Source: Verrucomicrobiia bacterium
GTDB lineage: Bacteria; Verrucomicrobiota; Verrucomicrobiia; Palsa-1439
Reading direction: 5' to 3'
Length of the DNA: 64,000 nt
Assembly (NCBI GenBank): GCA_035515475.1
Contig: DATJBF010000046.1
Span: 917 to 64,916, forward strand
Under the pieces are notes generated by a model that had not been told where the DNA came from, did not search any database, and saw nothing but the letters and a program-made list of their open reading frames with translations. The position numbers and the translations under genes were made by a program. Of the stretch, positions 55,852 through 64,000 are shown piece after piece (position 1 is the stretch's first letter; each line of letters begins with the position of its first letter).

Positions 55852-56154
55852 TCATGTTTTGCCGCTGCCGACCGGATGTTGCGTGCGGCGCGCGGATTTG
55901 TAGCTCGTGGAAAAGTAGTCGCCGCCCAGACTAGTGAGGCCATCGATGTCACCCGACCGCAGTTTGTTGGCCATCTTTTCGAAGAATCGCGTCACGTCCT
56001 CGTCAAAACTCGTTTGGCGGCAGGAGCGGCAAACCCAGCCCTCGGTGTTGACGACCAGGATGTGCGGCCAATGCATGATGCTGTGCTCGACCTTCTGCCA
56101 ATGCACTGCCCAGCTTTGACAATAAGGACACCGTTTGAATCCCTGAGCGCTCAT
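55852..56154 (-). CDS. Small zinc-ribbon protein (100 aa)
   Basis: CPYCQSWAVHW ... CRSCRQTSFD. ATGA-coupled on both sides. Confidence 0.5.
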   Translation of the reverse strand: MSAQGFKRCPYCQSWAVHWQKVEHSIMHWPHILVVNTEGWVCRSCRQTSFDEDVTRFFEKMANKLRSGDIDGLTSLGGDYFSTSYKSARRTQHPVGSGKT

Positions 56155-57653
56155 CGGCCGATCATCTCCCGGTGGCCGACGAATTTCTCGATGACGCGCC
56201 GCCAGGAAGTTTGCTCTACACCCTTGGGTTCATTGGCGTGGCGGTAGTCGCGTTTGCGGTCAAACTCCTGGAGTTCAGTTTGCAGCGCAGCAAGCCGCCC
56301 GCGCTCGGCTCCGAGCAGTCGCTGAAGTTGCGGGTGATCGGGAGACTCGTCCAACGCCATCTGCAGGTGCGGCAGGCAGATGCCGAACGAGTCGTGATAC
56401 TTGGAGGCGAAATCGGGATCGTCGAAGAAGTCGAGAAGATTCGACAGGGTGAGGTATTCGGTCGAGGAGTTCCAATCGCACATCGGACAGTTGGCGGTGG
56501 CCGGATACAGAAGCGGAGCGTCGGATGCCCGTCGCTTGGCGCGCGGCTTGGTCGGCTCGGTAACGGCGGCGCTGCGCTCGATCACGGTTGCCAGAAGTTC
56601 CTCGTACACGACGGCGAGGCCCGCCGGGGCGGTGGGCGTGCGCGCTGCCAACCAACCGTGTGAGTTACAGAAGCCACCCGAGCGCCGGAGCGCCAGGCGA
56701 ACGCCCGGGTCCATGATCCCTTCGTGGAAGAGAAGTGTCATCTGTCGTTCGGACTCGCGCTCGATCAGGGCGCAGATCACGCAGCAGTCGGCATCCAGCG
56801 CGTCACGAAGCCGATACAACGGCAGCCATTTCGACGCGGGCGGCTCGCGGGGGAAGACGAGGTTGAGTGCAGACCTCTTCGTGCGTCGTGGCCGGTCCCT
56901 ATGAAAAACCTCGCGCTTGCCGACGAAGAGTTCGATGGCGCGCCGCCGCGCGGCTTGGTCCGTATCCTTCGGCTCGTTGGCGAGGCGGTCATCGCGTTTG
57001 CGGCTGAACTCCTTCAGTTCGGTTTGGAGCCCGGTGAGTTTTTCGCGTTCGGTAGCCAGCAACTCCGGTAGGTGTGGGTGGTCGGGAAATCCTCGCATCG
57101 CCAGGTCAAGGTGTGGGAGACACAGGCCGAAGGACCGTTGAAATGCCGTACGCAATTCGGGATCATCGAACCATTTCAGTAGTTCGCCGAAATAGACCCG
57201 CTCGTTAAAGCGCGCCGTTTCGCATACGGGACAGGGGGCAGTGGTCTCCAGCACGGACGCGGATCGCCCGCGACGACGGGACCGGTGCAAGCGTCGAGGC
57301 GACCCGGCGGCTGCCAGTTGGCGGACCTGGGCCTCGGTCCGCTCAATCACGGAACGCAGCAAATCGCCGTAGATGATGGCGATGCCGGAGTCGGTGTGGG
57401 GGATGCGAGTGGCCATCCAGGCATGCGCATTGCAGAACCCTTTTGACTTGTAGAGGCGCAGCCGAACGCCCACATCGCTAACGTTCTCGTAAAACAAGTT
57501 GTCGAGTTGCCGGTAACAAGCGCGTTCGACCAACGTGCAGATCGGACAACCCGCCGCATCGAGCGCATCGCGCAGATAGATGAAGTCCAGCCACTTGACC
57601 GGCTCATTTTGTGGACGAAGAATGCTCATGCTTGGAATGTCCGCGACCGACAA
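56151..57653 (-). CDS. Tandem-duplicated CPxC...GFCxxHxW / CPxC...GLCLPHL domain protein (two roughly 250-aa repeats), function unknown
   Basis: Repeat 1 GCPICTLVERACYRQ...GFCNAHAWM...CPVCETARF...SFGLCLPHLDLAM...ANEPKDT. Repeat 2 CCVICALIERESERQ...GFCNSHGWL...CPMCDWNSS...SFGICLPHLQMAL...ANEPKGV. Confidence 0.7.
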   Translation of the reverse strand: MSVADIPSMSILRPQNEPVKWLDFIYLRDALDAAGCPICTLVERACYRQLDNLFYENVSDVGVRLRLYKSKGFCNAHAWMATRIPHTDSGIAIIYGDLLRSVIERTEAQVRQLAAAGSPRRLHRSRRRGRSASVLETTAPCPVCETARFNERVYFGELLKWFDDPELRTAFQRSFGLCLPHLDLAMRGFPDHPHLPELLATEREKLTGLQTELKEFSRKRDDRLANEPKDTDQAARRRAIELFVGKREVFHRDRPRRTKRSALNLVFPREPPASKWLPLYRLRDALDADCCVICALIERESERQMTLLFHEGIMDPGVRLALRRSGGFCNSHGWLAARTPTAPAGLAVVYEELLATVIERSAAVTEPTKPRAKRRASDAPLLYPATANCPMCDWNSSTEYLTLSNLLDFFDDPDFASKYHDSFGICLPHLQMALDESPDHPQLQRLLGAERGRLAALQTELQEFDRKRDYRHANEPKGVEQTSWRRVIEKFVGHREMIGR

Positions 57654-58110
57654 AACCCTTCCTGTCCAGCAAGCCGGTCAGTTCAGAAAGCAGGGACTGC
57701 AACTGCGGCAGTTCGGCGTTGAGGAACTCGGTGGTCGCCGGGTCCACCGCGCCGTAGCCCCGCAAGTAGCGGGGCTTGATCTCCTCAATGCTCACGTTTG
57801 CCAAAACGAGCGCGGCGAGCGCCGAGCGCAGTTGCGGCTCCTGCTGAGGTTCCAAATCGAGTCGATCGCCAAGAATCTGCATCTTGGCCTGAATCTTCGA
57901 GATGAGATCGTCGACCAAGTGCGCCTGCTCGCGGGGCAGTGGCTCGCTGTGGCGGGTTAACACACCCTCGGTGGGAGGGCAGTGAAACACGTGTCGCAGT
58001 TGCAGCAATCGGCTCTCGATGTCGGCCAACGTGATCGAAATCGACCTGCGCTGTGGCTCGCGGAGGTCGAGGCGGTTGATGTTCATGAGGACCGATCTTT
58101 CTGTTCGCAT
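57604..58110 (-). CDS. Hypothetical protein (168 aa), first gene of the long minus-strand operon
   Basis: ORF immediately downstream of leader copy 3. Its 3' end overlaps the next gene by about 50 nt. No recognisable domain. Confidence 0.45.
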   Translation of the reverse strand: MRTERSVLMNINRLDLREPQRRSISITLADIESRLLQLRHVFHCPPTEGVLTRHSEPLPREQAHLVDDLISKIQAKMQILGDRLDLEPQQEPQLRSALAALVLANVSIEEIKPRYLRGYGAVDPATTEFLNAELPQLQSLLSELTGLLDRKGFVGRGHSKHEHSSSTK

Positions 58111-58117
58111 TTGCCCG

Positions 58118-58202
58118 ACAAAAAACTCCTACCAACGCTTGCGTCGGTAGGAGTTATCACCCCGAACGCTTTCGGGGAAAGTTGCCGGCGAACTCCATCG
58201 CC
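58118..58202 (-). promoter_or_regulatory. Conserved structured 5' leader element, copy 3 of 3
   Basis: ACAAAAAACTCCTACC-loop-GGTAGGAGTTAT, CCCCGAA..TTCGGGG hairpin, GGCGAACTCCATCGCC. In mRNA sense it reads hairpin + UUUUUU about 15 nt before the AUG. Confidence 0.6.
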
Positions 58203-58265
58203 GTCTACCTTTAGCTTACCGTTGTCCGGCCAACTGTCAATCTGTCGGTGGCGCCAATGCTGCGT

Positions 58266-60413
58266 CTACAATCGTGACAGCAACAATACCATCACCAGCG
58301 ACAGCAGCGCGTAGGCAATATAGACGTTGATCCTCCCCCGATGCAACGTGGCCAGACCTCTGGCAATTGCCAGCGCCGCGCTTTTGAACGGCTGCCCGAC
58401 AGCGCGATCGATGATGTACACCTCCTCCCGCTCGCGATGGATCGCCGTCCGGAAATGTTGAGCTACGGTCTGCGGCGTGTCCTCCGTGGTGGCGGGGCGA
58501 AAGACCGCGTCGAAGATCACACGCACGGAATTGGAGAAACCGGTCGCCGTGTAGGTCATTTCCGGCAGGAGCCGCCTCACGCCGCCGTCCCAACACGCTC
58601 GCCGCGCGATGTGACGCTTGCGCGCGGACGCAAAACGCACGACAAGGTAGGTCAATCCCAGCAAACCGCACAGTACCACCAGCATGTAGGAGGTGGACAT
58701 GGCGAACACCACAGGGTTTTCCTTGCCGCCGCGGTGCAACACCACCAAGCCGCGTCCGGGCACGACGGACTGACCCACCTGCGCGCCCAGATCGTGAAAT
58801 TCCGCCACGAGCGCACGGGGCAATTGCTCGTGCTCGGGACTGTTGGCGAAGAACGGTGGCACGAGCGCGTCCGCCGTGTTCGCGCCGGTCAGCGGCGAGA
58901 ACGTCTCGTTCAGAACGGGGATCACATACGTCGGCAGCACGCCGAGAGCGAGGCAGAGCACTGCGAGCAAACCCATCGACACAATCGTGGACCGTTGCGC
59001 TTCGACCGCTTTTTCGGCAGGCGCGGAGCGGGTCATGCCGAGAAAGCCCATCGCGAATGCTTTCACGAAACACGTCACCGCCAATGCTGCCGTGAGCGCG
59101 AGGCCGGCGCCGCAAAGTGCAAAGACGGTTTTCACCCCGGTCGATGACAACTCCGCGCTGCGCAACATCGTTTGCAGCGTCAGCCATTCGCTCACGAAAC
59201 CGCTGAACGGCGGCAGCGCCGCGATGGAGAGCGCGCCTGCGAGAAACCCCAGCGCCGTCCACGGCATCCGCCGAATCAATCCGCCCAGCCGGTCGAGGTC
59301 GCGTGAGCCGACGCGTTCCTCCACCGTACCCGCGCCGAGGAACAGGAGCGCCTTGTAGACGGAGTGGTTCGTCAGGTGATAGAGCGCGGCGACGAACGCG
59401 ATGCCGGCCGGCACCGTCAGACCGTACGCCATGAAAATCATGCCCGCGCCGAGGCCGACGGCGATGATGCCCGCATTCTCAATCGAACTGTGCGCGAGCA
59501 TGGTCTTCAGGTCATTGTCGGTCGTCGCGTAGAGGATTCCCAGCAGCGCCGAGATTGTGCCAATGATCATCACGACCACGCCCGGCCCGACCATCGACAT
59601 CGGGAGGAGATCGGCGTTGACGCGCACGATGCCGTAAAAGCCGAGGTTCAACGTGGCTCCTGCGAGTATCGGAACAAACGCGGACGGAGCGGCGGCGTAG
59701 GCCCGCGGCAACCAGAAATTGACGGGTACGAGTCCGGCTTTCACTCCGAACCCGAAGAACGAAAGCAGGAACACCGCCCAGCGAGCGCTCGCGCTCAGCT
59801 CGGCGGCGGACGCCTTGAGCGCGGGAAAACCGAGCGACCCCGCCGCCACCACGAGGATCAGGAACGCCACCACCGCCGCCAGCGCGCCCGCCTCGCTCAC
59901 TGCGAGCATGAGGTAGCCTGACCGGGTGTGCTCGGACTCCTCGTGTTCGTAATTGACGAGGAGGTAACAGAGAATCGACATCGCTTCCCAAGCCAGCAAG
60001 AACAGCAGCACGTCCGCCGCAATCAACACCAACACGATGGACGCAAACAGCGCGAGGTACATCACGGAAAAGGCTTTCAAGCTGTAACGGCCCGCGTAAC
60101 GCGGCAGGTTGCCGGCCGCGAAAATCGAGACCGGCAGGAACACCAGCCCGGTGATGAAGGCGAACAACGCCGACAGGCGGTCCACGTTCAGCGTCAGCGT
60201 GCCCAAGTTGGGCACGATCCACAGCGACATGGCCCACGTGTTCCCGTCGAACAGCGTTTGCCCGCTCGCGCCCAGCAGGACGAGCGAGGCCAGCCCGCCG
60301 ATCCACGCGAGCCATTGCGGATTCCGGCGGTCGGGAAGCAGCAGCGCGAGCACGATGCCCGCGCCGCACAGCGCGAAAAATGTGCCTGTCCATGCGCCAA
60401 TGTCGCTCACCGT
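58266..60413 (-). CDS. Proton-conducting membrane transporter subunit (NuoL/MrpA/HyfB family)
   Basis: Polytopic antiporter-like motifs (WLPRAYAAAPSAFVPILAGATLNLGFYGIVR...). GTG start at 60413 has an AGGAGG 7 nt upstream. Confidence 0.8.
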   Translation of the reverse strand, partial: TVSDIGAWTGTFFALCGAGIVLALLLPDRRNPQWLAWIGGLASLVLLGASGQTLFDGNTWAMSLWIVPNLGTLTLNVDRLSALFAFITGLVFLPVSIFAAGNLPRYAGRYSLKAFSVMYLALFASIVLVLIAADVLLFLLAWEAMSILCYLLVNYEHEESEHTRSGYLMLAVSEAGALAAVVAFLILVVAAGSLGFPALKASAAELSASARWAVFLLSFFGFGVKAGLVPVNFWLPRAYAAAPSAFVPILAGATLNLGFYGIVRVNADLLPMSMVGPGVVVMIIGTISALLGILYATTDNDLKTMLAHSSIENAGIIAVGLGAGMIFMAYGLTVPAGIAFVAALYHLTNHSVYKALLFLGAGTVEERVGSRDLDRLGGLIRRMPWTALGFLAGALSIAALPPFSGFVSEWLTLQTMLRSAELSSTGVKTVFALCGAGLALTAALAVTCFVKAFAMGFLGMTRSAPAEKAVEAQRSTIVSMGLLAVLCLALGVLPTYVIPVLNETFSPLTGANTADALVPPFFANSPEHEQLPRALVAEFHDLGAQVGQSVVPGRGLVVLHRGGKENPVVFAMSTSYMLVVLCGLLGLTYLVVRFASARKRHIARRACWDGGVRRLLPEMTYTATGFSNSVRVIFDAVFRPATTEDTPQTVAQHFRTAIHREREEVYIIDRAVGQPFKSAALAIARGLATLHRGRINVYIAYALLSLVMVLLLSRL

Positions 60414-61180
60414 GTCGTTACCTCCTGATTGGCGAAGGTTGCCGGAGAAACCATGGCCGCCGGTGGTTTTCGACCAACCGCCACAAGCAATCCGTGCAGG
60501 ATCGACAGCGGCGGAGGAGGATTGCCCGGCACTTCCACGTCCACAGGCAAGACATCCTTTGCGCCCCCGCAGCAAACGAAGCTCGGTCCGAACACACCGC
60601 CTGACAACGCGCACGCGCCGACAGCGACCACGCGCTTCGGCGTCGGCATCGCGTCGTACGTCTTCTGCAACGGCAACCGCATGTGATCGGTGACCGGCCC
60701 GACGACGAGCAGGATGTCCGCCAATCGCGGGGTCGGCGTGAGGAAAAACCCAAGGCGGTGCATGTTGTAGTACGGGTTGTTGAGTTGCTTCACCTCATGG
60801 AGGCACGCACCGCAGTCGCCAGCGTCCACGACGATGATATTAATCGAACGGGCGAATGCGCGACCGAATTGACGCTCCGCAGCGGTTGGTCCGGCAACCA
60901 GCGCCGCCCATTCGTAGCCCGGCTGCCAGTCAAGCGGAGCGGCCACCCCCCGTGCGCATCGAAAACAGTGGACGCAGCGACGATAATCCACCTCGACCGA
61001 GCGGTCGCTCGAGCGGATCGCGTCGGTCGGACAACGGTCAGCCAGCAACGAAGCCGCCGCTGTCAGATACGCTCCGCCCACCGGCAGACCCGGCGAGACG
61101 CCGGGGGCGGTTTCCTCTGCCGCGGGATAGCGCGTCGTCTTGATCCCGGTCCGAATTCCTTTGCGAACCCATTGGCTCAT
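60407..61180 (-). CDS. NuoB/HycG-like small subunit with N-terminal ferredoxin-like motif; degenerate cluster ligands (Ehr-type)
   Basis: CVHCFRCARG ferredoxin motif. NuoB-like VVDAGDCGACLHEV, GACALSGGVF and VEVPGNPPPP, where PGNPP replaces the canonical PGCPP. Confidence 0.75.
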   Translation of the reverse strand: MSQWVRKGIRTGIKTTRYPAAEETAPGVSPGLPVGGAYLTAAASLLADRCPTDAIRSSDRSVEVDYRRCVHCFRCARGVAAPLDWQPGYEWAALVAGPTAAERQFGRAFARSINIIVVDAGDCGACLHEVKQLNNPYYNMHRLGFFLTPTPRLADILLVVGPVTDHMRLPLQKTYDAMPTPKRVVAVGACALSGGVFGPSFVCCGGAKDVLPVDVEVPGNPPPPLSILHGLLVAVGRKPPAAMVSPATFANQEVTTR

Positions 61181-61201
61181 GTTGTGTCCCTCATCTCGTC
61201 G

Positions 61202-62785
61202 TCAGCGATCGTTCTCGGCCACCGAAAGATCGAACGTGGCCAGGATGATCGGGAAATCCTGAAACGCGAAATTCTCAGTCGCGAAATGTAAGCCGTGCCA
61301 GTTGGCAAACGACGGCGGCATGATCCGGTAACGGGCGACCGTTCCGTCCTCATTGACGCGCACCCAGTGAAAGGCCGCGCCGCGCGGAGCTTCTACCAGG
61401 CCGAAAGCTGCGCCGGATTTAATGCTGCACGGTGTATGTACCGGCCCAGCGGTTAAAGCGCCTGCCGCTTGCTCCATGATCAGCACAGACTGCCCCGCTT
61501 CAGCGAAGAGAATGCGCAGCCGCGCGTAACCGTCGCCTTCGCGTTCCGCAGGAACGTCGAACTCGAAGTCGTCATAACCTGAATACGATTGCGCCTTCCG
61601 CAGGTCACGGACAACTCCCGAGGCCCGGGCGACCGGCCCGACCAGACCATGGCTGAGGGCTTCCTTCCCGGAGACAGACCCGACCTCTTCCAACCGGTCG
61701 AGAAAACTGCTGGAAAACCGCAGCATCGTCTCAATCTCCTGCAGCCGTTTCAGAACATCCTGTGCCGTTGCGAGCGCCTTTCGACAAGCTCCATCGTCGA
61801 AATCACGGGTCAGCCCGCCCGGCGCGAGCAGGCCGAACAGATAGCGGTGGCCGGTCAAAGCGCCGCACAGCCGCAGCAGCTCTTCCTGAAGAAGCGCGGT
61901 CTGGCTGGCGGCCACAGAGAGTGCAGTCGACTCGCAAATTCCTTCAATCGCTGCGACGTGATGGCGGAAGCGTTCCAGCTCGGCAATAAAGATACGCAAT
62001 GTCCTCGCCCGCTGGGGCGCCTCAGCGCCGCAAATCCATTCAACGGTCTGACAAAACGCAAATCCATGGGCGAAGGCTGAAGTAGCGCAAAAACGTTCGG
62101 CCAGTAGCAGCGCATCTTCCACCGGGCGACCCTCGGCGATCTTCTCGACGCCGCGATACTTATAGAAGAGGCGCGGGATGAAGTGAATGATGTCTTCGCC
62201 CATGGTCTCCAACTGGAAGTGAACGGACTCGGCAAGCCCTGAGAAAACCGGACCAATCGGCATCACGAACGCGCCGGGCGCCTCGACGATTTTGCACGGG
62301 GGCCACCAGTTGAGGTAGGACTCGCCTTGTCTGACAATCCTCCGCCCATCGAAACGACGTCGCATCGGCTCTAAGTCCTCCTGCCAAATGTCATCGTGCA
62401 GGACAAAATCACCCAGGCGCGGATGCCCCTCGAACACCAGTCCGAAATGGTCTTCCACTTCACGCTCATGCCAGTCTGCTGCGTGCACATGCTCGCTGAT
62501 GCTCGGGATTGTGCGCTCTGCCAGCGGGCGGCGCACCAGAACCTGAACCTGACCGTCATCCCTGTCGCCGTAGAATACATAGCGGAGCTCCCACTCGCGT
62601 TGACCCTCTTCCACGACCAGGCCACCAAAGCTGTAATTCAATTCTCCAAAGAGCCAACTGGACAACTCGACGAGCGCGTCTGGTGCACATTCCACTTCGC
62701 ACAGCGGCTGTTTCGGGTCGAGGCGGGACTGCGCTCTTCCGTTCCAACGTTGAGCGATTTGTTGTGATAAGTCTGCTGGTTTCAT
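61202..62785 (-). CDS. Fused NuoC-NuoD-like (hydrogenase large-subunit-like) protein lacking NiFe-binding cysteines (Ehr-type)
   Basis: NuoC-like N-terminus. The NuoD-like part has RFCATSAFAHG where the RxCGxC motif would be, and ends ATFDLSVAENDR without DPCxxC. Confidence 0.75.
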   Translation of the reverse strand: MKPADLSQQIAQRWNGRAQSRLDPKQPLCEVECAPDALVELSSWLFGELNYSFGGLVVEEGQREWELRYVFYGDRDDGQVQVLVRRPLAERTIPSISEHVHAADWHEREVEDHFGLVFEGHPRLGDFVLHDDIWQEDLEPMRRRFDGRRIVRQGESYLNWWPPCKIVEAPGAFVMPIGPVFSGLAESVHFQLETMGEDIIHFIPRLFYKYRGVEKIAEGRPVEDALLLAERFCATSAFAHGFAFCQTVEWICGAEAPQRARTLRIFIAELERFRHHVAAIEGICESTALSVAASQTALLQEELLRLCGALTGHRYLFGLLAPGGLTRDFDDGACRKALATAQDVLKRLQEIETMLRFSSSFLDRLEEVGSVSGKEALSHGLVGPVARASGVVRDLRKAQSYSGYDDFEFDVPAEREGDGYARLRILFAEAGQSVLIMEQAAGALTAGPVHTPCSIKSGAAFGLVEAPRGAAFHWVRVNEDGTVARYRIMPPSFANWHGLHFATENFAFQDFPIILATFDLSVAENDR

Positions 62786-62795
62786 TATTATGACC

Positions 62796-64000
62796 TCACT
62801 TTGCCAGGGCTGCTGCGGCCAGCCCCAAAAGTTGGTGCAAAGGCTCCGGCAGGTATACGCCGAATACGACGATCGGAACGGCTGCAAGGACCAATGCCAA
62901 CACACAACTAAACGGCAAATGCGCCCGCGGCGGAGAGGGATTTCCATCGGGACGGCCAAATACGATGCCGTTGATGTGGACGAGGATGCTGAAGAATGCT
63001 ATTGCGATGAACAGCGCGAGCAACGCCGTCACCAGGTAGCGGCCCTGGGTCAACCCCGCCCTCAGGATCGAAAATTCACTGAGGAAAACCGCAAAGGGCG
63101 GCGCTCCCGCAATCGCCAGGCCGCCGAAAAGCAACGCCGCGCCCGCTGCGGGCGAGGTGCGTATAAGGCCGCGCACGGACGCAATTTGCCGCGTATCGAC
63201 AGCAAGCAACGCGGCGCCGGCGGCGAGAAAGCAGAACGATTTTGTGATGCTGTGGGTCAGTATCTGCATCATCGCTCCGTAATGACCGCCTGCGGCGCCG
63301 ATTCCGGCGGCGGTGAAAATAATTCCCATGTGTTCGACGGTCGAGTAGGCAAACAGGCGTTTGTAGTCACGCACCTGCAGCAACAGGAAGGCGGCAACGC
63401 CAACTGAGATGAGGCCGATTGTCAGTAGCCATTCTTGCATATCACTCAGGGACAACAGCGGCAGTAAGCGCAGGATCACGTAAAGCGCCGTGGTTGTCTT
63501 GACACCCGAGAGCAATGCGCATACGGGCGAAGGAGCCTGGCTGTGCGCATCGGGCAACCATGTATGAACAGGAACAAACCCGACCTTAATGCCGAAACCG
63601 ACAAGGATCATCAGGAATGCGGTCTTGACCAGCACAGGCGGCATTTGAGGCGCGGCAGCGCGCAACCCTTCCCATGTGTACGTTTCGCCGCCGCCGGTTT
63701 TGAAGGCCCAAAAAAGGATGAGAAAACCGAACAAGGCGATGGCCGCGCCCATGAACATCAGAGTAATATATTTCCAGGCCGCTTCCAGAGACTCGTGAGT
63801 GTTTTCATAGGCGACGAGAAGCACGGAGAAAAGCGCCGTCAGTTCGAGGGCGATCCACTCGATATTCGGCTCAACTGCTGAGGGGACGGCGATGAGCGCG
63901 AAGAGAAACAGATTGAAATGAACGTAGTACAAACGCAGCCGCTTGTCGCTGCGCGCGCTTCTTTCCATATAACCCCAGGAAAACAGAGCTGAGGTCGCGC
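62796..64000 (-). CDS. Proton-conducting membrane transporter subunit (NuoN/NuoM/HyfF family), 5' end beyond window
   Basis: About 13 transmembrane segments with antiporter-like motifs (GFGIKVGFVPVHTWLPDAHSQAPSPV). ORF is open to the window edge. Confidence 0.7.
   Translation of the reverse strand, partial: ATSALFSWGYMERSARSDKRLRLYYVHFNLFLFALIAVPSAVEPNIEWIALELTALFSVLLVAYENTHESLEAAWKYITLMFMGAAIALFGFLILFWAFKTGGGETYTWEGLRAAAPQMPPVLVKTAFLMILVGFGIKVGFVPVHTWLPDAHSQAPSPVCALLSGVKTTTALYVILRLLPLLSLSDMQEWLLTIGLISVGVAAFLLLQVRDYKRLFAYSTVEHMGIIFTAAGIGAAGGHYGAMMQILTHSITKSFCFLAAGAALLAVDTRQIASVRGLIRTSPAAGAALLFGGLAIAGAPPFAVFLSEFSILRAGLTQGRYLVTALLALFIAIAFFSILVHINGIVFGRPDGNPSPPRAHLPFSCVLALVLAAVPIVVFGVYLPEPLHQLLGLAAAALAK

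Overview
High-GC (about 62-66%) chromosomal window from a Gram-negative bacterium, with an envelope, efflux and glycan-degrading gene repertoire; the lineage is not resolved. No rRNA, tRNA or CRISPR array was seen.

Housekeeping core, first third of the window:
- glnS 5' part on the minus strand, running off the window edge.
- A small hypothetical gene, then class II B12-dependent ribonucleotide reductase nrdJ with a clean intrinsic terminator.
- GTPase der, and divergently the 16S rRNA methyltransferase rsmB.

Envelope and efflux modules:
- An ECF sigma / anti-sigma / DUF3106 / Spy-CpxP-like envelope-stress unit.
- A MarR-regulated RND tripartite-pump locus (adaptor plus two tandem MdtB/MdtC-like permeases).
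- A GH28 polygalacturonase-like hydrolase.
- An operon of outer-membrane protein, small membrane protein, TPMT-like methyltransferase and MFS transporter, plus a DoxX protein.
- A cusCBA/czcCBA-type heavy-metal efflux operon whose adaptor gene is split by a 2.7-kb IS1595/IS1-like transposon. The transposon has perfect 19-bp terminal inverted repeats and an 8-bp target duplication.
- A PepSY, two-component system, ArnT-like GT39, metallophosphoesterase and PAP2 envelope-remodelling cluster.

Accessory content:
- A 2.5-kb low-GC island (about 20.0-23.0 kb), flanked by repeat-rich DNA. It carries a proteasome-beta-like (Thr1 Ntn-hydrolase) fusion protein and a convergent DEDDh 3'-5' exonuclease.

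Most unusual feature (about 43.2-58.3 kb):
- A block of translationally coupled operons encodes two bacterial dynamin-like GTPases, two HEAT-repeat proteins and two tandem MutS-domain-V ATPases. It also encodes an FGE/SUMF1-like protein, zinc-ribbon proteins, and a 500-aa protein built from a duplicated CPxC...GFCxxHxW domain that also forms the C-terminus of one dynamin; enolase is embedded in it.
- Three of these transcription units are preceded by paralogous copies of a roughly 85-nt conserved leader. It is a structured hairpin element with a compensatory base change and a terminator-like stem, which suggests a shared cis-regulatory RNA or regulon.

The window ends with an energy-converting-hydrogenase-related (Ehr-type) membrane complex whose NuoB- and NuoD-like subunits have lost their cluster/NiFe cysteines.
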